Origin: Carpediemonas membranifera BICM
Taxonomy: Eukaryota > Protista > Fornicata
NCBI GenBank assembly: GCA_019828565.1
Contig: JAHDYR010000011.1
Coordinates: 195,072-259,071, forward strand
Reading direction: 5' to 3'
Length of the DNA stretch: 64,000 bases
Shown here piece by piece: positions 22,456 to 30,971 of this stretch. Position numbers and translations under genes: made by a program. The notes under the pieces were generated by a model. The model made no database searches and had not been told where the DNA came from. It worked only from the letters and a program-made list of their open reading frames with translations. Position 1 is the stretch's first letter; each line of letters opens with the position of its first letter.

Positions 22456-23377
22456 TTACTCGCCGTTTTCTCCGCTAGCCAATGTGAAAGTAGCAATGAG
22501 CTTGATGAACTCCGTATCCATGTGGTTGACAAGCATGGGGTGACCGAGATCAAGCTCTGCAATGGCAGCCATATCTTCCTCAGTGAGGGAAAAATCAAAC
22601 ACATCGCGGTTCTCGACCAGGCGTTCCTTGTGGACGGACTTGGGAATGACGATTACACCGCGCTGCATCTGATAACGGAGGGCGACCTGGGCCGCGGTCT
22701 TACCGTACTTCTTACCGATAGACAAGAGCGTTTCGTTCTTGAACATGTTGTTATTGCCCTCAGCGAAGGGTGCCCATGCCATAGTGGTGATACCATACTC
22801 CTTTTGGTACTTCATTACGTCGTTACGCTGGGAGAATGCGTGGCACTCGACCTGGTTCACCGCGGGCACAACCTTGCTGAAAGCAATGAGATCAGCCATG
22901 TGATGCGGCAGGAAGTTAGACACACCGATAGCACGAGCCTTGCCCTCCTTGTACACGTCCTCGAGGTCGGCCCAGGCATGGTGGTACGCAGAGTAGGGCA
23001 TGTGGAGGAGGATGAGGTCGACGTAGTCAAGCTGGAGGCGCTCGAGGCAGTCCGAGAAGGCCTGCTTGGCGTCGCGGTAGGACTCGACCCAGAGCTTGGT
23101 CACGACGAAGATCTCGTCGCGGGGGACGGAGGTGCGCTTGAGGGCACGGCCGACAGCACCTTCGTTCTGTGTGAGAATGGATATTTTGGACTAGAAAGAT
23201 CATTTCTAGTGACTATATGGTACATACAAGGTAGATTGCGGCAGTATCGATGAGGCGGTAGCCAGCATCAAGGGCATCAAGGACATTTTGCTCAGTAACG
23301 TCATCAGGAATCTGATAAACGCCGACGCCATGGATAGGCATCTTCACACCGTTGTTGAGGGTCACGTATTGATCCAT
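22456..23377 (-). CDS. Aldo-keto reductase (2,5-diketo-D-gluconate reductase-like); intron 23167-23227
   Basis: Exon 1 [14 protein letters not shown]...[12 protein letters not shown] splices to NEGAVG...IFVVTKLW. Motifs [24 protein letters not shown]. Confidence 0.92.
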
Positions 23378-23730
23378 TGTTCTGTTTCAATCCAAATTGC
23401 TTTCGTGAGATGAGATGATCCGGTCCTCGATATTCAATCGAATATTTCGAGATTGAGACGATATGGCAGGATGATATGGACGCAGTGCCACACATACATA
23501 ACATATCTAACCGCAGGTTTTCAAGCATGACCTCACCTTGTGACCAAACCCGACTCATCCCAGTCAGCCAGAGTCGCCCCGAGATAAATTCACGAAGTGA
23601 AAACGACTCTGTGACCAGCATGCCAGCTCTGGCATCCACCACATGAGACATGCGAAGGTCGACTCAACTCGACTCTCGTCTCACAACGAGTTGATTGTTC
23701 ACAGGCACGACGTGAGTTAGCCACAAGACC

Positions 23731-25134
23731 ATGAGAAAGAGTGCAAAACAGCGCAAGGCTGAGCTTAAGCAAGCTAGACAGAAGAAGCAAGAGCTAGACG
23801 CCGAGGATCCGTACAAGGACATCCGTGTAACAGAAACAGGACAAACAGTGCGCCGTGTTCACACAATCAAGGCCAATGAGCGCGCATTCATGCGTTTCAT
23901 CCCCGAGGAGGCATTCGAAGTCGATGTCCGCAAGAAGGAAGGCACCGAGGTCCCCTTCTCCCCCTCACCGTCTTCCTCCATCGTCCGCATGTACCTAGAC
24001 CCTGAGCACACGCCAGCCATCCCCTCCCGCCCCAACTGGTCCTACGACATGACCAAGGAGGAGCTCGTGAAGAACGAGACTGACTCCTTCCGCCGCTGGC
24101 TGCATCAGTTTGGTGTTTACGAGGAGGGCCAGGAGATCGACTACGACGCCCAGCCAGCCCTGCCAGCAGCCGAGTTCAACTTCTTTGAGACCAACCTCGA
24201 GGTGTGGCGCCAGCTGTGGCGGACGGTGGAGCGGGCCGACGTCGTTGTCATCATCGTCGACGCCAGATTCCCTATCGCCCAGCTCCCTCGGAACCTGTAC
24301 ACATATGTATGCGAGGAGATCAACAAGCCTGCTATATGCATCCTGAACAAGGCAGATCTGATCGAGCCCAAGTACTTCAAGGAATGGGTTCGTGTCCTCA
24401 AGCAACTCTACCCCAACCTGCTTGAAGTCATCCCCTTCAACGCTTTCGACGTGGTCGACGGCCGTAAGCAGGCCACATACGAAGACGGCGAAGAGCTCCT
24501 CCATACGATCATTGAAATCGCCCAATCGCACCATATACAGCCGAACCCGCTCAAGAAGAAGGACGGCGAGCCTGCAGAGCTCGAGTTCGGCTTCGTGGGC
24601 CACCCCAGCGTGGGCAAAAGCTCGGTTATGAATTCTGTGATTGGTTCTAAGAAGGTCAGCGTCAAGCGGACACCGGGTCACACCAAGCACTTCCAGACCC
24701 ACCATATTGTCAATAGAGGGGATAAGGTGGTGGTTTGTGACTGTCCAGGTCTGGTCATCCCTGTCCGCGGAATGCCCAGAGCACTGCAGGTTATTACTGG
24801 TGTGTATCCACTGGGGAGGGTCCGAGAGTTTTATAGCAGCATCAGGCTGGCTGTGGAGCTTGTCCTCGGCAGCTGGGCAGAGCTACGAGAGGGATTCTTG
24901 GCTAACCTGACCAGGTTGGCCGGTGCGGAGTTCAGCAAGTCGTTTGCAGAGCAGGCAGACAGTGGAGAGTTCACTATCACTCCGTATGATCTTATTGCTG
25001 CTGTGGCCGAGCAGAAGGGCATGATGACCAAGGGCGGTCGGCCCGACGTCCACCGGGCAGGCAGAATCGTGCTCCAAGAGGTCGTGGACGGCATTATTTA
25101 TGTGTTTATCAGGCCGGAATGGGTGGCTCAGTAA
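23731..25134 (+). CDS. Circularly permuted GTPase, GNL1/LSG1 family
   Basis: FETNLEVWRQLWR, NKAD, GHPSVGKSS, TPGHTKHFQT, DCPG. Confidence 0.9.
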   Translation: MRKSAKQRKAELKQARQKKQELDAEDPYKDIRVTETGQTVRRVHTIKANERAFMRFIPEEAFEVDVRKKEGTEVPFSPSPSSSIVRMYLDPEHTPAIPSRPNWSYDMTKEELVKNETDSFRRWLHQFGVYEEGQEIDYDAQPALPAAEFNFFETNLEVWRQLWRTVERADVVVIIVDARFPIAQLPRNLYTYVCEEINKPAICILNKADLIEPKYFKEWVRVLKQLYPNLLEVIPFNAFDVVDGRKQATYEDGEELLHTIIEIAQSHHIQPNPLKKKDGEPAELEFGFVGHPSVGKSSVMNSVIGSKKVSVKRTPGHTKHFQTHHIVNRGDKVVVCDCPGLVIPVRGMPRALQVITGVYPLGRVREFYSSIRLAVELVLGSWAELREGFLANLTRLAGAEFSKSFAEQADSGEFTITPYDLIAAVAEQKGMMTKGGRPDVHRAGRIVLQEVVDGIIYVFIRPEWVAQ

Positions 25135-25842
25135 ATGCTCGGACAGAACATCGGTCGAGTGGTCTTGGCAAGCTGTTTTCTCCATCGAGCAGAGCTCATT
25201 GCAAGGTTGGAGATTCGTTCATGTTTTCTGTTGGTCGACAGAATGCAGCAGTACAGACTGACTGCACAGTCTTGCGGGGCTTGCCCGACCCCACGACAAG
25301 CTTACGCATTTAACACGTTTTGAGGTTTTGGTGGTTTGCTTCGCTTTACCGCCCGTTCTTCAACTTTGCCGACACGGGCAAGGTCATTGGTGCTGTGAAT
25401 GCTTCCTTTTACGTCTGGGAGCACTTAAACTGAGAGATTCAGAGTCGGTGCAGTTTATGTTAGTTTGCGTGTGGTATTCAGAGGTTTATGTGGAGGATTC
25501 ATGTAAAGGTGACTTAAGCTGTCGCCCCCCCTGGGATGAACTCCAGAGGACTGAACAGGTTCAGTCTGACGGCCCACCTGTCGTACACCAGAAGGGTAGC
25601 GGACATGAGGGCGTCGGCGATGGTAAGAGCGACGGTTCTGGGCGGGATCTTGGTTCTCGCTCCAGCAGAAGCTAGGAATGCGGCAGTTTTGGACGCGCAC
25701 ATTGGGATGTTGGAGCCATCCGGCCGCGGATTGATCACAGTTGGTTTGACGCGGTAGTGCTTGTACTGTTCCTCCTTGAACTTTAGACTCAACAATTCTA
25801 ATCCTGCGCGGCACACTACCTCCACTCACCCACTTCAGCCCT

Positions 25843-26033
25843 CGTCTGTACCATCTGGCTTTCGTGCTTTCAGTCGTCGGTCTGCACGAAAAGATGCGTC
25901 GTCTGCCGTCCATCGTCTGTGTCGAACGCTGCTGTCTTCTTTCGCGTCTGTGCTCGTCTGTTACGCGCTCATCTGTCGTCAATTGCCGGCGTCTGAAGCT
26001 CATGTCGTCGTCGTCTTCGTCATCTTAGTCTGT
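25843..26033 (+). repeat. Cluster of CGTCTG motifs at the left end of Fanzor copy 1
   Basis: Six exact CGTCTG copies (~25843, 25900, 25914, 25945, 25955, 25990) plus variants (CATCTG, GGTCTG, AGTCTG) and a (GTC)n run, within ~190 bp. Confidence 0.65.
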
Positions 26034-26151
26034 TGTGAGAGACACTAGTGGTCGAAAGCGGTTGTAGCTAGTAGTAAAGACGCTTTGTGTTGTATGATGC
26101 TGGTTTCTTGTGTTTTGAGGGATGCTGCCAGCTGATGAACCCTGAAAAGAA

Positions 26152-27508
26152 ATGATCGATGCAAGCAGCTCAATAGACTCCAACGCCTTCCAAGATATAC
26201 ACGGTGAAGGCTTCCGTTAACAAGGCCATTGGCGAGATTAACGGCGGAGGGGATAACAACGCGCCGCGGCGAGGAAATCTTGAACCGGGCATGCGTTCTT
26301 TCACGCAGGCTAAGTACACATTCACTTGCCTGCTTGCGTGCGTCTCTGCATCTGCGCACGCGTTGACTCCACCGAGGACGGTCAAGCTCGTTCCGTTCGT
26401 GCCAATGGCACCGGTCAAGCCTGGGTTCATGACCATCGAGTACGGTTATATGTCGCTCACCCCAGCGATGAAGAGGCGCCTCCGTGTGCACGTGAATTGG
26501 TCAGCAACCAAGAACTTGACCACTGAACAGGTTGATAGATACGAGCGTGATCACGGCGACATCACCAAGCTCCGCAGAGTGCTCTCTGTGAGGACTGACG
26601 GGGTCTCTGTTGCTGTGACGGTTTGGGTGGGTCGCGAGAAATGCCGTGGCGGTCGGGTGGCTGACCGGCCCGCACGTACAAAAAGGGTAGCAGCAACAAG
26701 CGGGCTCGGCTCGGTCAGGATGACGCCGAGGCTACTCCTGCCCCGGACATTCAAGCTCTCATGGGCTTCGACCCTGGTGCTCGGTCGCTGGGCGGCTACA
26801 CGATCCGCCGCCCAGACGGGCAGAGTGTATCTGGCGTACTCGCTAAGTGTGGCTACACTGCTACCCCCTCTTTCCGCGTGAATATGAGCGCAGCATCGTT
26901 CAAAACGACAAGTCTAGAGGCTCTCAAACAGTCGATTAGGTTTGTCCATGAGAACATCGTTCAGATCATCAACAAGGGGACGAGAAAGTGTTTCCGCCGG
27001 GCGAGTTTTGCCAATCACTGTCTGCGCCAGAAGCACTTCGCCCGGGCTGGACGTCAACTCCTGGATGATCTCGGCGGGCGCCCCCCGGAGCCCATTCATC
27101 TCGAAGTCGCGTATGGGGCTGCACTGTTCGGTTCCGCCGGCACTCCCTCCTGTGCTCCGTACCGCCACTTTGCTCGAGCTCTCCCTGGCATCATGCTCCG
27201 GCACAACGTCGTCGTGACTGTCACGATGGTCTCGGAATTCCGCACTTCCATCGTGTGCCCATACTGCAAAACACACTTCAGACGCGTGGTGCACACACAC
27301 CGCACCATGCTCTGCCAGAATCCCGCGTGCGAGGGAGCTCCATGGCGCGTTGAACGGCATCCCGAGCAGAGAGACATACTTCTCTCACCGAGATAAGAGC
27401 GCCAGCGAGAACATCCTTTGGTGCACCTATGATGCAACTTCAGATCAGATAGAGCAATCTCCTTTCCACTACGACTCCCAGAGAGGTGCTCTTCCTCGCT
27501 ATCATTAA
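26152..27508 (+). pseudogene. Fanzor1-type (TnpB-derived) RNA-guided nuclease, frameshifted
   Basis: Motifs across frames: PMAPVKPGFMTI and SVRTDGVSVAV (WED-like), GFDPG (RuvC-I), VAYGAALF followed by VSEFRTS (rearranged RuvC-II typical of Fanzors), CPYC...CQNPAC zinc finger, and from 27386 HRDKSASENIL (RuvC-III) ending at TAA 27508. Frame breaks at ~26190, ~26665-26700 and ~27385. Confidence 0.88.
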
Positions 27509-27646
27509 CTTGCTAAGTTGAGCAAGCACGCGCTGCAGCACGCGTGATATGCTGCGCACGATTGATAGAGTATGATGAACCACACTGCGATCCTGATGCT
27601 GCTTGGATCACTGTGTGTTTTGGACTCAAGTATTCGTATCCTGCAC
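27500..27646 (+). ncRNA. Putative omegaRNA (scaffold plus guide) of Fanzor copy 1
   Basis: Hairpins right after the stop codon: cttgct/agcaag, cacgcg/cgcgtg, cacac..gatcc/ggatc..gtgtg. The position matches TnpB/Fanzor omegaRNAs; boundaries are approximate. Confidence 0.5.
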
Positions 27647-27702
27647 ATTGCGCAAGTCGAAACAAATAGGGAGGCAACTCTTGAATCTTGAGCACAATTA
27701 AC

Positions 27703-29643
27703 ATGCCTGATGCTTCTAATGTGCCTCCAGATTTCGTGCTTCGCTCCCGATATCGGCCACAGGCTGATCAGGCAGCCCAGGCAGCTGCGATCCGCCATCT
27801 CACAGTGCTCGGCGCCAAGATGAACTATCCCCGCTACGACGACTTCATACACGATCTACAGAATCCCACACGAGTTACAAGGTTTGGAGCCATGGAGCTA
27901 AAAGGGCAACTGCTTCGTCAACTCCTCGTCTGCATCCGGGGAGTGTACTTCGTTACGTTCAAGCTCAAGATGACTGGAACCAACAAACCAGACATGGTCA
28001 AGGTCATTGTCTTTTTGGCCAAGTTTTTAACGAATCCGACATCTGTCGAGAAACTTCCTCACTACAACCTGACCGACGGGACTCTTTGCGCCTCTAACGG
28101 CGACTATCTTATCCCCAATGCATTCAACGGTGCCAATTACATCAACAAGTATATATCCAACGGTGACACGAGAGTGACGCCCGCCCAGCCGCCCCATGAC
28201 CCAGCATGGATTCCTTCCACAGCCCCGGCATACAGGAACAGAACTGCGGGTCAACTGGACAGGATCAGGGCAGACCGACCAGCTCCAGCCTTGGCACCCC
28301 GACCTACCGGCAGAACGTTTTTGCAGGACATGGAGATGCTAGCCCAATCCTTCGGGCTCCCTATCTTTGATCCGGGCAGCATCAACCAGCTGAACCGGCA
28401 ACTCCACCAGAACCCCATCCGAGAAAGGTCGACCCGAGACGTTATCGCAGACCCAGGATTCACGCGATGCAGGCCCGTCATGATGATGGGCACTAAACTG
28501 CTGACTGCTGCACCGTTCAACATGCCGGAATTCGCGCACAACAACAGGCAGGGTAAGCTTGAGCTGAAGTTGACGCCCGAGATTATGAGGGAAGTTCACG
28601 TTAGCGAGTATATGAAGCGGCACCCAAATCCCCCAGAGCAGCAGCCTAAAACTGCACGGCAGTCGACCGACTCCGACTCTGACTCCGACCTGTCCGACGA
28701 GGAGGAGGAGCCCTGGGCGGGACCCACGGGCAAGAGTGTCATTGTCAGGCTGTTCCATCCGGACGACAAGTACTTCAATCCTCTGTTGTTCACGTCGGAT
28801 GCGGTGATTCTTTCTTTTACCCAACGCGACGGCAATGTGTGGCAAATAGGCGTGCCTGTGGCACCAGATCTAGCCCATCGCAACGGAGGAGCGCCGTTCG
28901 TCAACTTATCTTCGGCAATTTACGAGGCGATCGAGGTTTTGGAGCGGGATGACATTCCCGAATCGGATAGGCCTCCATTGATGCTGACGATTAAGCCGGG
29001 AAGAAGCCACAACTGCCGGAACGCTCAAAACATGCATGTCGTGGTCGAGTATGGCGAGATGGGGAGCCCCAAGGACGTCGCCAAGTGGATCGAGCGGAAC
29101 ATTCCCACGGTCGACGCTGACCCAAGCAAGCTGGATAATGAGGATGACGACGAGCTGGAGGAGGTGGTGACGCGGTTCAGCTTGACTGACCCGCTGACCT
29201 TCTGCCGCATGACACTCCCAGCTCGTGGCGAGCACTGCGTGCACACACAGTGCTTCGACTTGCAAACTTTCATCCAGTTCGGCTTCCAGTCGAAGAAGTG
29301 GGAGTGCCCCATCTGCAGCAAGCCCCTGACCATCCAGGGCTGCAGGGTCGACTCGTTCGTGCGGACGCTCCTGTCTACCTCGGGCGAGGACGACGAAGCC
29401 ATCGACGTCGAGACCCACACAGGCCGCATTTTAAGGGAAGGAAACTCGGACGAAGAAATGGGCTACGAGAACTCTCTCGTTACACCTCGACCGGAACAGC
29501 CAGTCGGGAACGTATCTGATGATGATATCGAGATTATCGACTTGTCTGACACTGAGATCGAGACGACAGCACGGCCAAATGCCCAGGTTTCTAGGCCTAC
29601 ACCTGGTTCACTCGGGTCCGCCGAGTGTCCTATCGAATTATGA
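27703..29643 (+). CDS. SP-RING (MIZ) zinc-finger SUMO E3 ligase, PIAS/Siz-like
   Basis: SLTDPLTFCRMTLPARGEHCVHTQCFDL...WECPIC and a SIM-like IEIIDLSD near the C-terminus. Confidence 0.85.
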   Translation: MPDASNVPPDFVLRSRYRPQADQAAQAAAIRHLTVLGAKMNYPRYDDFIHDLQNPTRVTRFGAMELKGQLLRQLLVCIRGVYFVTFKLKMTGTNKPDMVKVIVFLAKFLTNPTSVEKLPHYNLTDGTLCASNGDYLIPNAFNGANYINKYISNGDTRVTPAQPPHDPAWIPSTAPAYRNRTAGQLDRIRADRPAPALAPRPTGRTFLQDMEMLAQSFGLPIFDPGSINQLNRQLHQNPIRERSTRDVIADPGFTRCRPVMMMGTKLLTAAPFNMPEFAHNNRQGKLELKLTPEIMREVHVSEYMKRHPNPPEQQPKTARQSTDSDSDSDLSDEEEEPWAGPTGKSVIVRLFHPDDKYFNPLLFTSDAVILSFTQRDGNVWQIGVPVAPDLAHRNGGAPFVNLSSAIYEAIEVLERDDIPESDRPPLMLTIKPGRSHNCRNAQNMHVVVEYGEMGSPKDVAKWIERNIPTVDADPSKLDNEDDDELEEVVTRFSLTDPLTFCRMTLPARGEHCVHTQCFDLQTFIQFGFQSKKWECPICSKPLTIQGCRVDSFVRTLLSTSGEDDEAIDVETHTGRILREGNSDEEMGYENSLVTPRPEQPVGNVSDDDIEIIDLSDTEIETTARPNAQVSRPTPGSLGSAECPIEL

Positions 29644-30388
29644 GGGAGAGGCTTTATTTTATTCTGTTTTACACGATATAAATCCCCGCGGGTTGGGTCT
29701 CGATTGTTCTCAGAGATTGTCCAAGGTAGAGGCAGGCATGGCCTGGACGTTTGAGACTGGCGTCATTCATCGTGTCAGCCCAAGCTGGCAGCTGAGTATT
29801 GTTGCTGAAGCAGGTCAATGGCGGCGGAAAGCAGGGTTGCCGGCCTCGGTGTGCGATACCAGCCGTATCCACGTCATGGCTGTGTGTGTCGGCAATTATC
29901 AGACTAGAATGATACAAACTAGACAGCACGCCCTAAGTGTCTACACCCTTGATCTAAAGTCCTTTGGTCCCGCTTCCCAACAGATGCCCTGACCCACCCT
30001 CCCCGGCCTGATCTGAACTGCTCTCAAAGGTCATAAGAGGGGGGAAATAGGTCTAGCTCTCTTTGTTTGACCAGTACTGACCAGAATCGCCCAGGACACA
30101 ACAAAGAATAATCAAGCAGTTTAAGGTTCATCAAATTTGTGCTATTGAAGGGTCAAACAATGTGTTTATACTGCGCAACACTGCCCTGTCTCCCTCCTAC
30201 TCACGTCTTAAGTCGGTAGGGAGACCGTCTTCTCCAGGGCTTCCACAAAGCGTCTTCTTCGTGGACGTCAGCACAGCTGCAAACATCACAATCGCTCACA
30301 CGTCGTCTCATTTGTCATTTGTCTTTCCTCATTAAATTCACTTCTACACTTGTATATGATGGTAATGGTGTTCATCGTCGGCTCTTAC

Positions 30389-30866
30389 ATGTCATCTTCA
30401 TCTATGACCAGCTGCAACAAGATGGAGATATATACGATCAAAGCCTCCATCAAGCAAGCTTTCAGACAGAACTACACCGAAGAACGGAGAGTGGGGGATT
30501 ACGCCGCAGCAAAACATCTCTACTCATGCCTGCTGGCCCGGCTCGCGGTTGAATGCTATGCGCAGCGCCGGCAACTCCCCCTACATGACGCCGAGTCCGC
30601 GTGATGACCAGCACGTTCACCCACATCGTGTGATGCTCTGCGAAAATCCACAGTGCCGTGGTGCTCAGTGGCGCGCAACAGTTCCTGATGCTCTGAATGT
30701 TGATCATCGGGACAAGAGTGCTGCAGAGAACATCCTGTGGCGTTCTCTTGCCACGGAAGATGAGCTCAGTGGCTCTCCGTTCAGTCGCACATCGATCCCG
30801 CGCCTTCCAACATCATTCCAGTATCATCAATTGGCTAACCGCCAACATTCGTCTACGGACGGATGA
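30389..30866 (+). pseudogene. Internally deleted Fanzor: N-terminus fused to the distal zinc finger and RuvC-III
   Basis: EIYTIKASIKQAF...AKHLYSCLLA matches copy 1 KIYTVKASVNKAI...AKYTFTCLLA. In another frame, HPHRVMLCENPQCRGAQWR...HRDKSAAENILW matches copy 1 HTHRTMLCQNPACEGAPWR...HRDKSASENILW. RuvC-I and RuvC-II are missing. Confidence 0.85.
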
Positions 30867-30945
30867 TGTTGTACAGTTTGGCACTTTGATCGTTCCTTTC
30901 AGGCCCTGTCTGGAGGTTCGAACAATGTGTTTATACTGCGCAACA
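30822..30945 (+). ncRNA. Putative omegaRNA of Fanzor copy 2
   Basis: tatcatcaattggctaa aligns with copy 1 tatcattaacttgctaa. Hairpins ttggc/gccaa and caacattcgtc-tacg-gacggatgatgttg precede the repeat copy. Confidence 0.5.
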
Positions 30946-30971
30946 AAATTGACGAAGGACGAAACTGAAGA

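Larger units (their letters stand above)
25781..27646 (+). mobile_element. Fanzor element copy 1, bounded by a degenerate ~28 bp direct repeat
   Basis: 25782-25809 tttagactcaacaattctaatcctgcgc vs 27619-27646 tttggactcaagtattcgtatcctgcac (22/28 identical). Encloses a CGTCTG-rich left end, the Fanzor pseudogene and 3' hairpins. Confidence 0.6.
30150..30945 (+). mobile_element. Fanzor element copy 2 (internally deleted), bounded by a 25 bp perfect / 31 bp near-perfect direct repeat
   Basis: aacaatgtgtttatactgcgcaaca occurs at both 30156-30180 and 30921-30945. The match extends to 29/31 over 30150-30180 vs 30915-30945. Confidence 0.8.

Noticed and set aside
25843-26033. CRISPR-like array beside the nuclease
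   Set aside because: The repeats are 6-mers at irregular spacing with no repeat-spacer periodicity.
26159-26176. In-frame TAG near the Fanzor start read as Gln (hexamitid genetic code)
   Set aside because: Host genes here end at TAA or TAG at their expected C-termini (URM1, YKT6, DNALI1), so the code is standard.
26627-26700. Intron or programmed -1 frameshift repairing the Fanzor break
   Set aside because: Frame-restoring acceptors are only AAG without the ACAG-type 3' motif, the A5 run is not a canonical slippery heptamer, and two other breaks remain. Decay or assembly error is simpler.
29669-30030. Possible small minus-strand gene with a GTTTGT...CACACAG intron
   Set aside because: I could not find a start codon or recognisable product, so it is left uncalled.
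30063-30160. 10 bp inverted repeat ttgtttgacc / ggtcaaacaa
   Set aside because: Short, does not bracket the element and has no counterpart at copy 1; probably chance.
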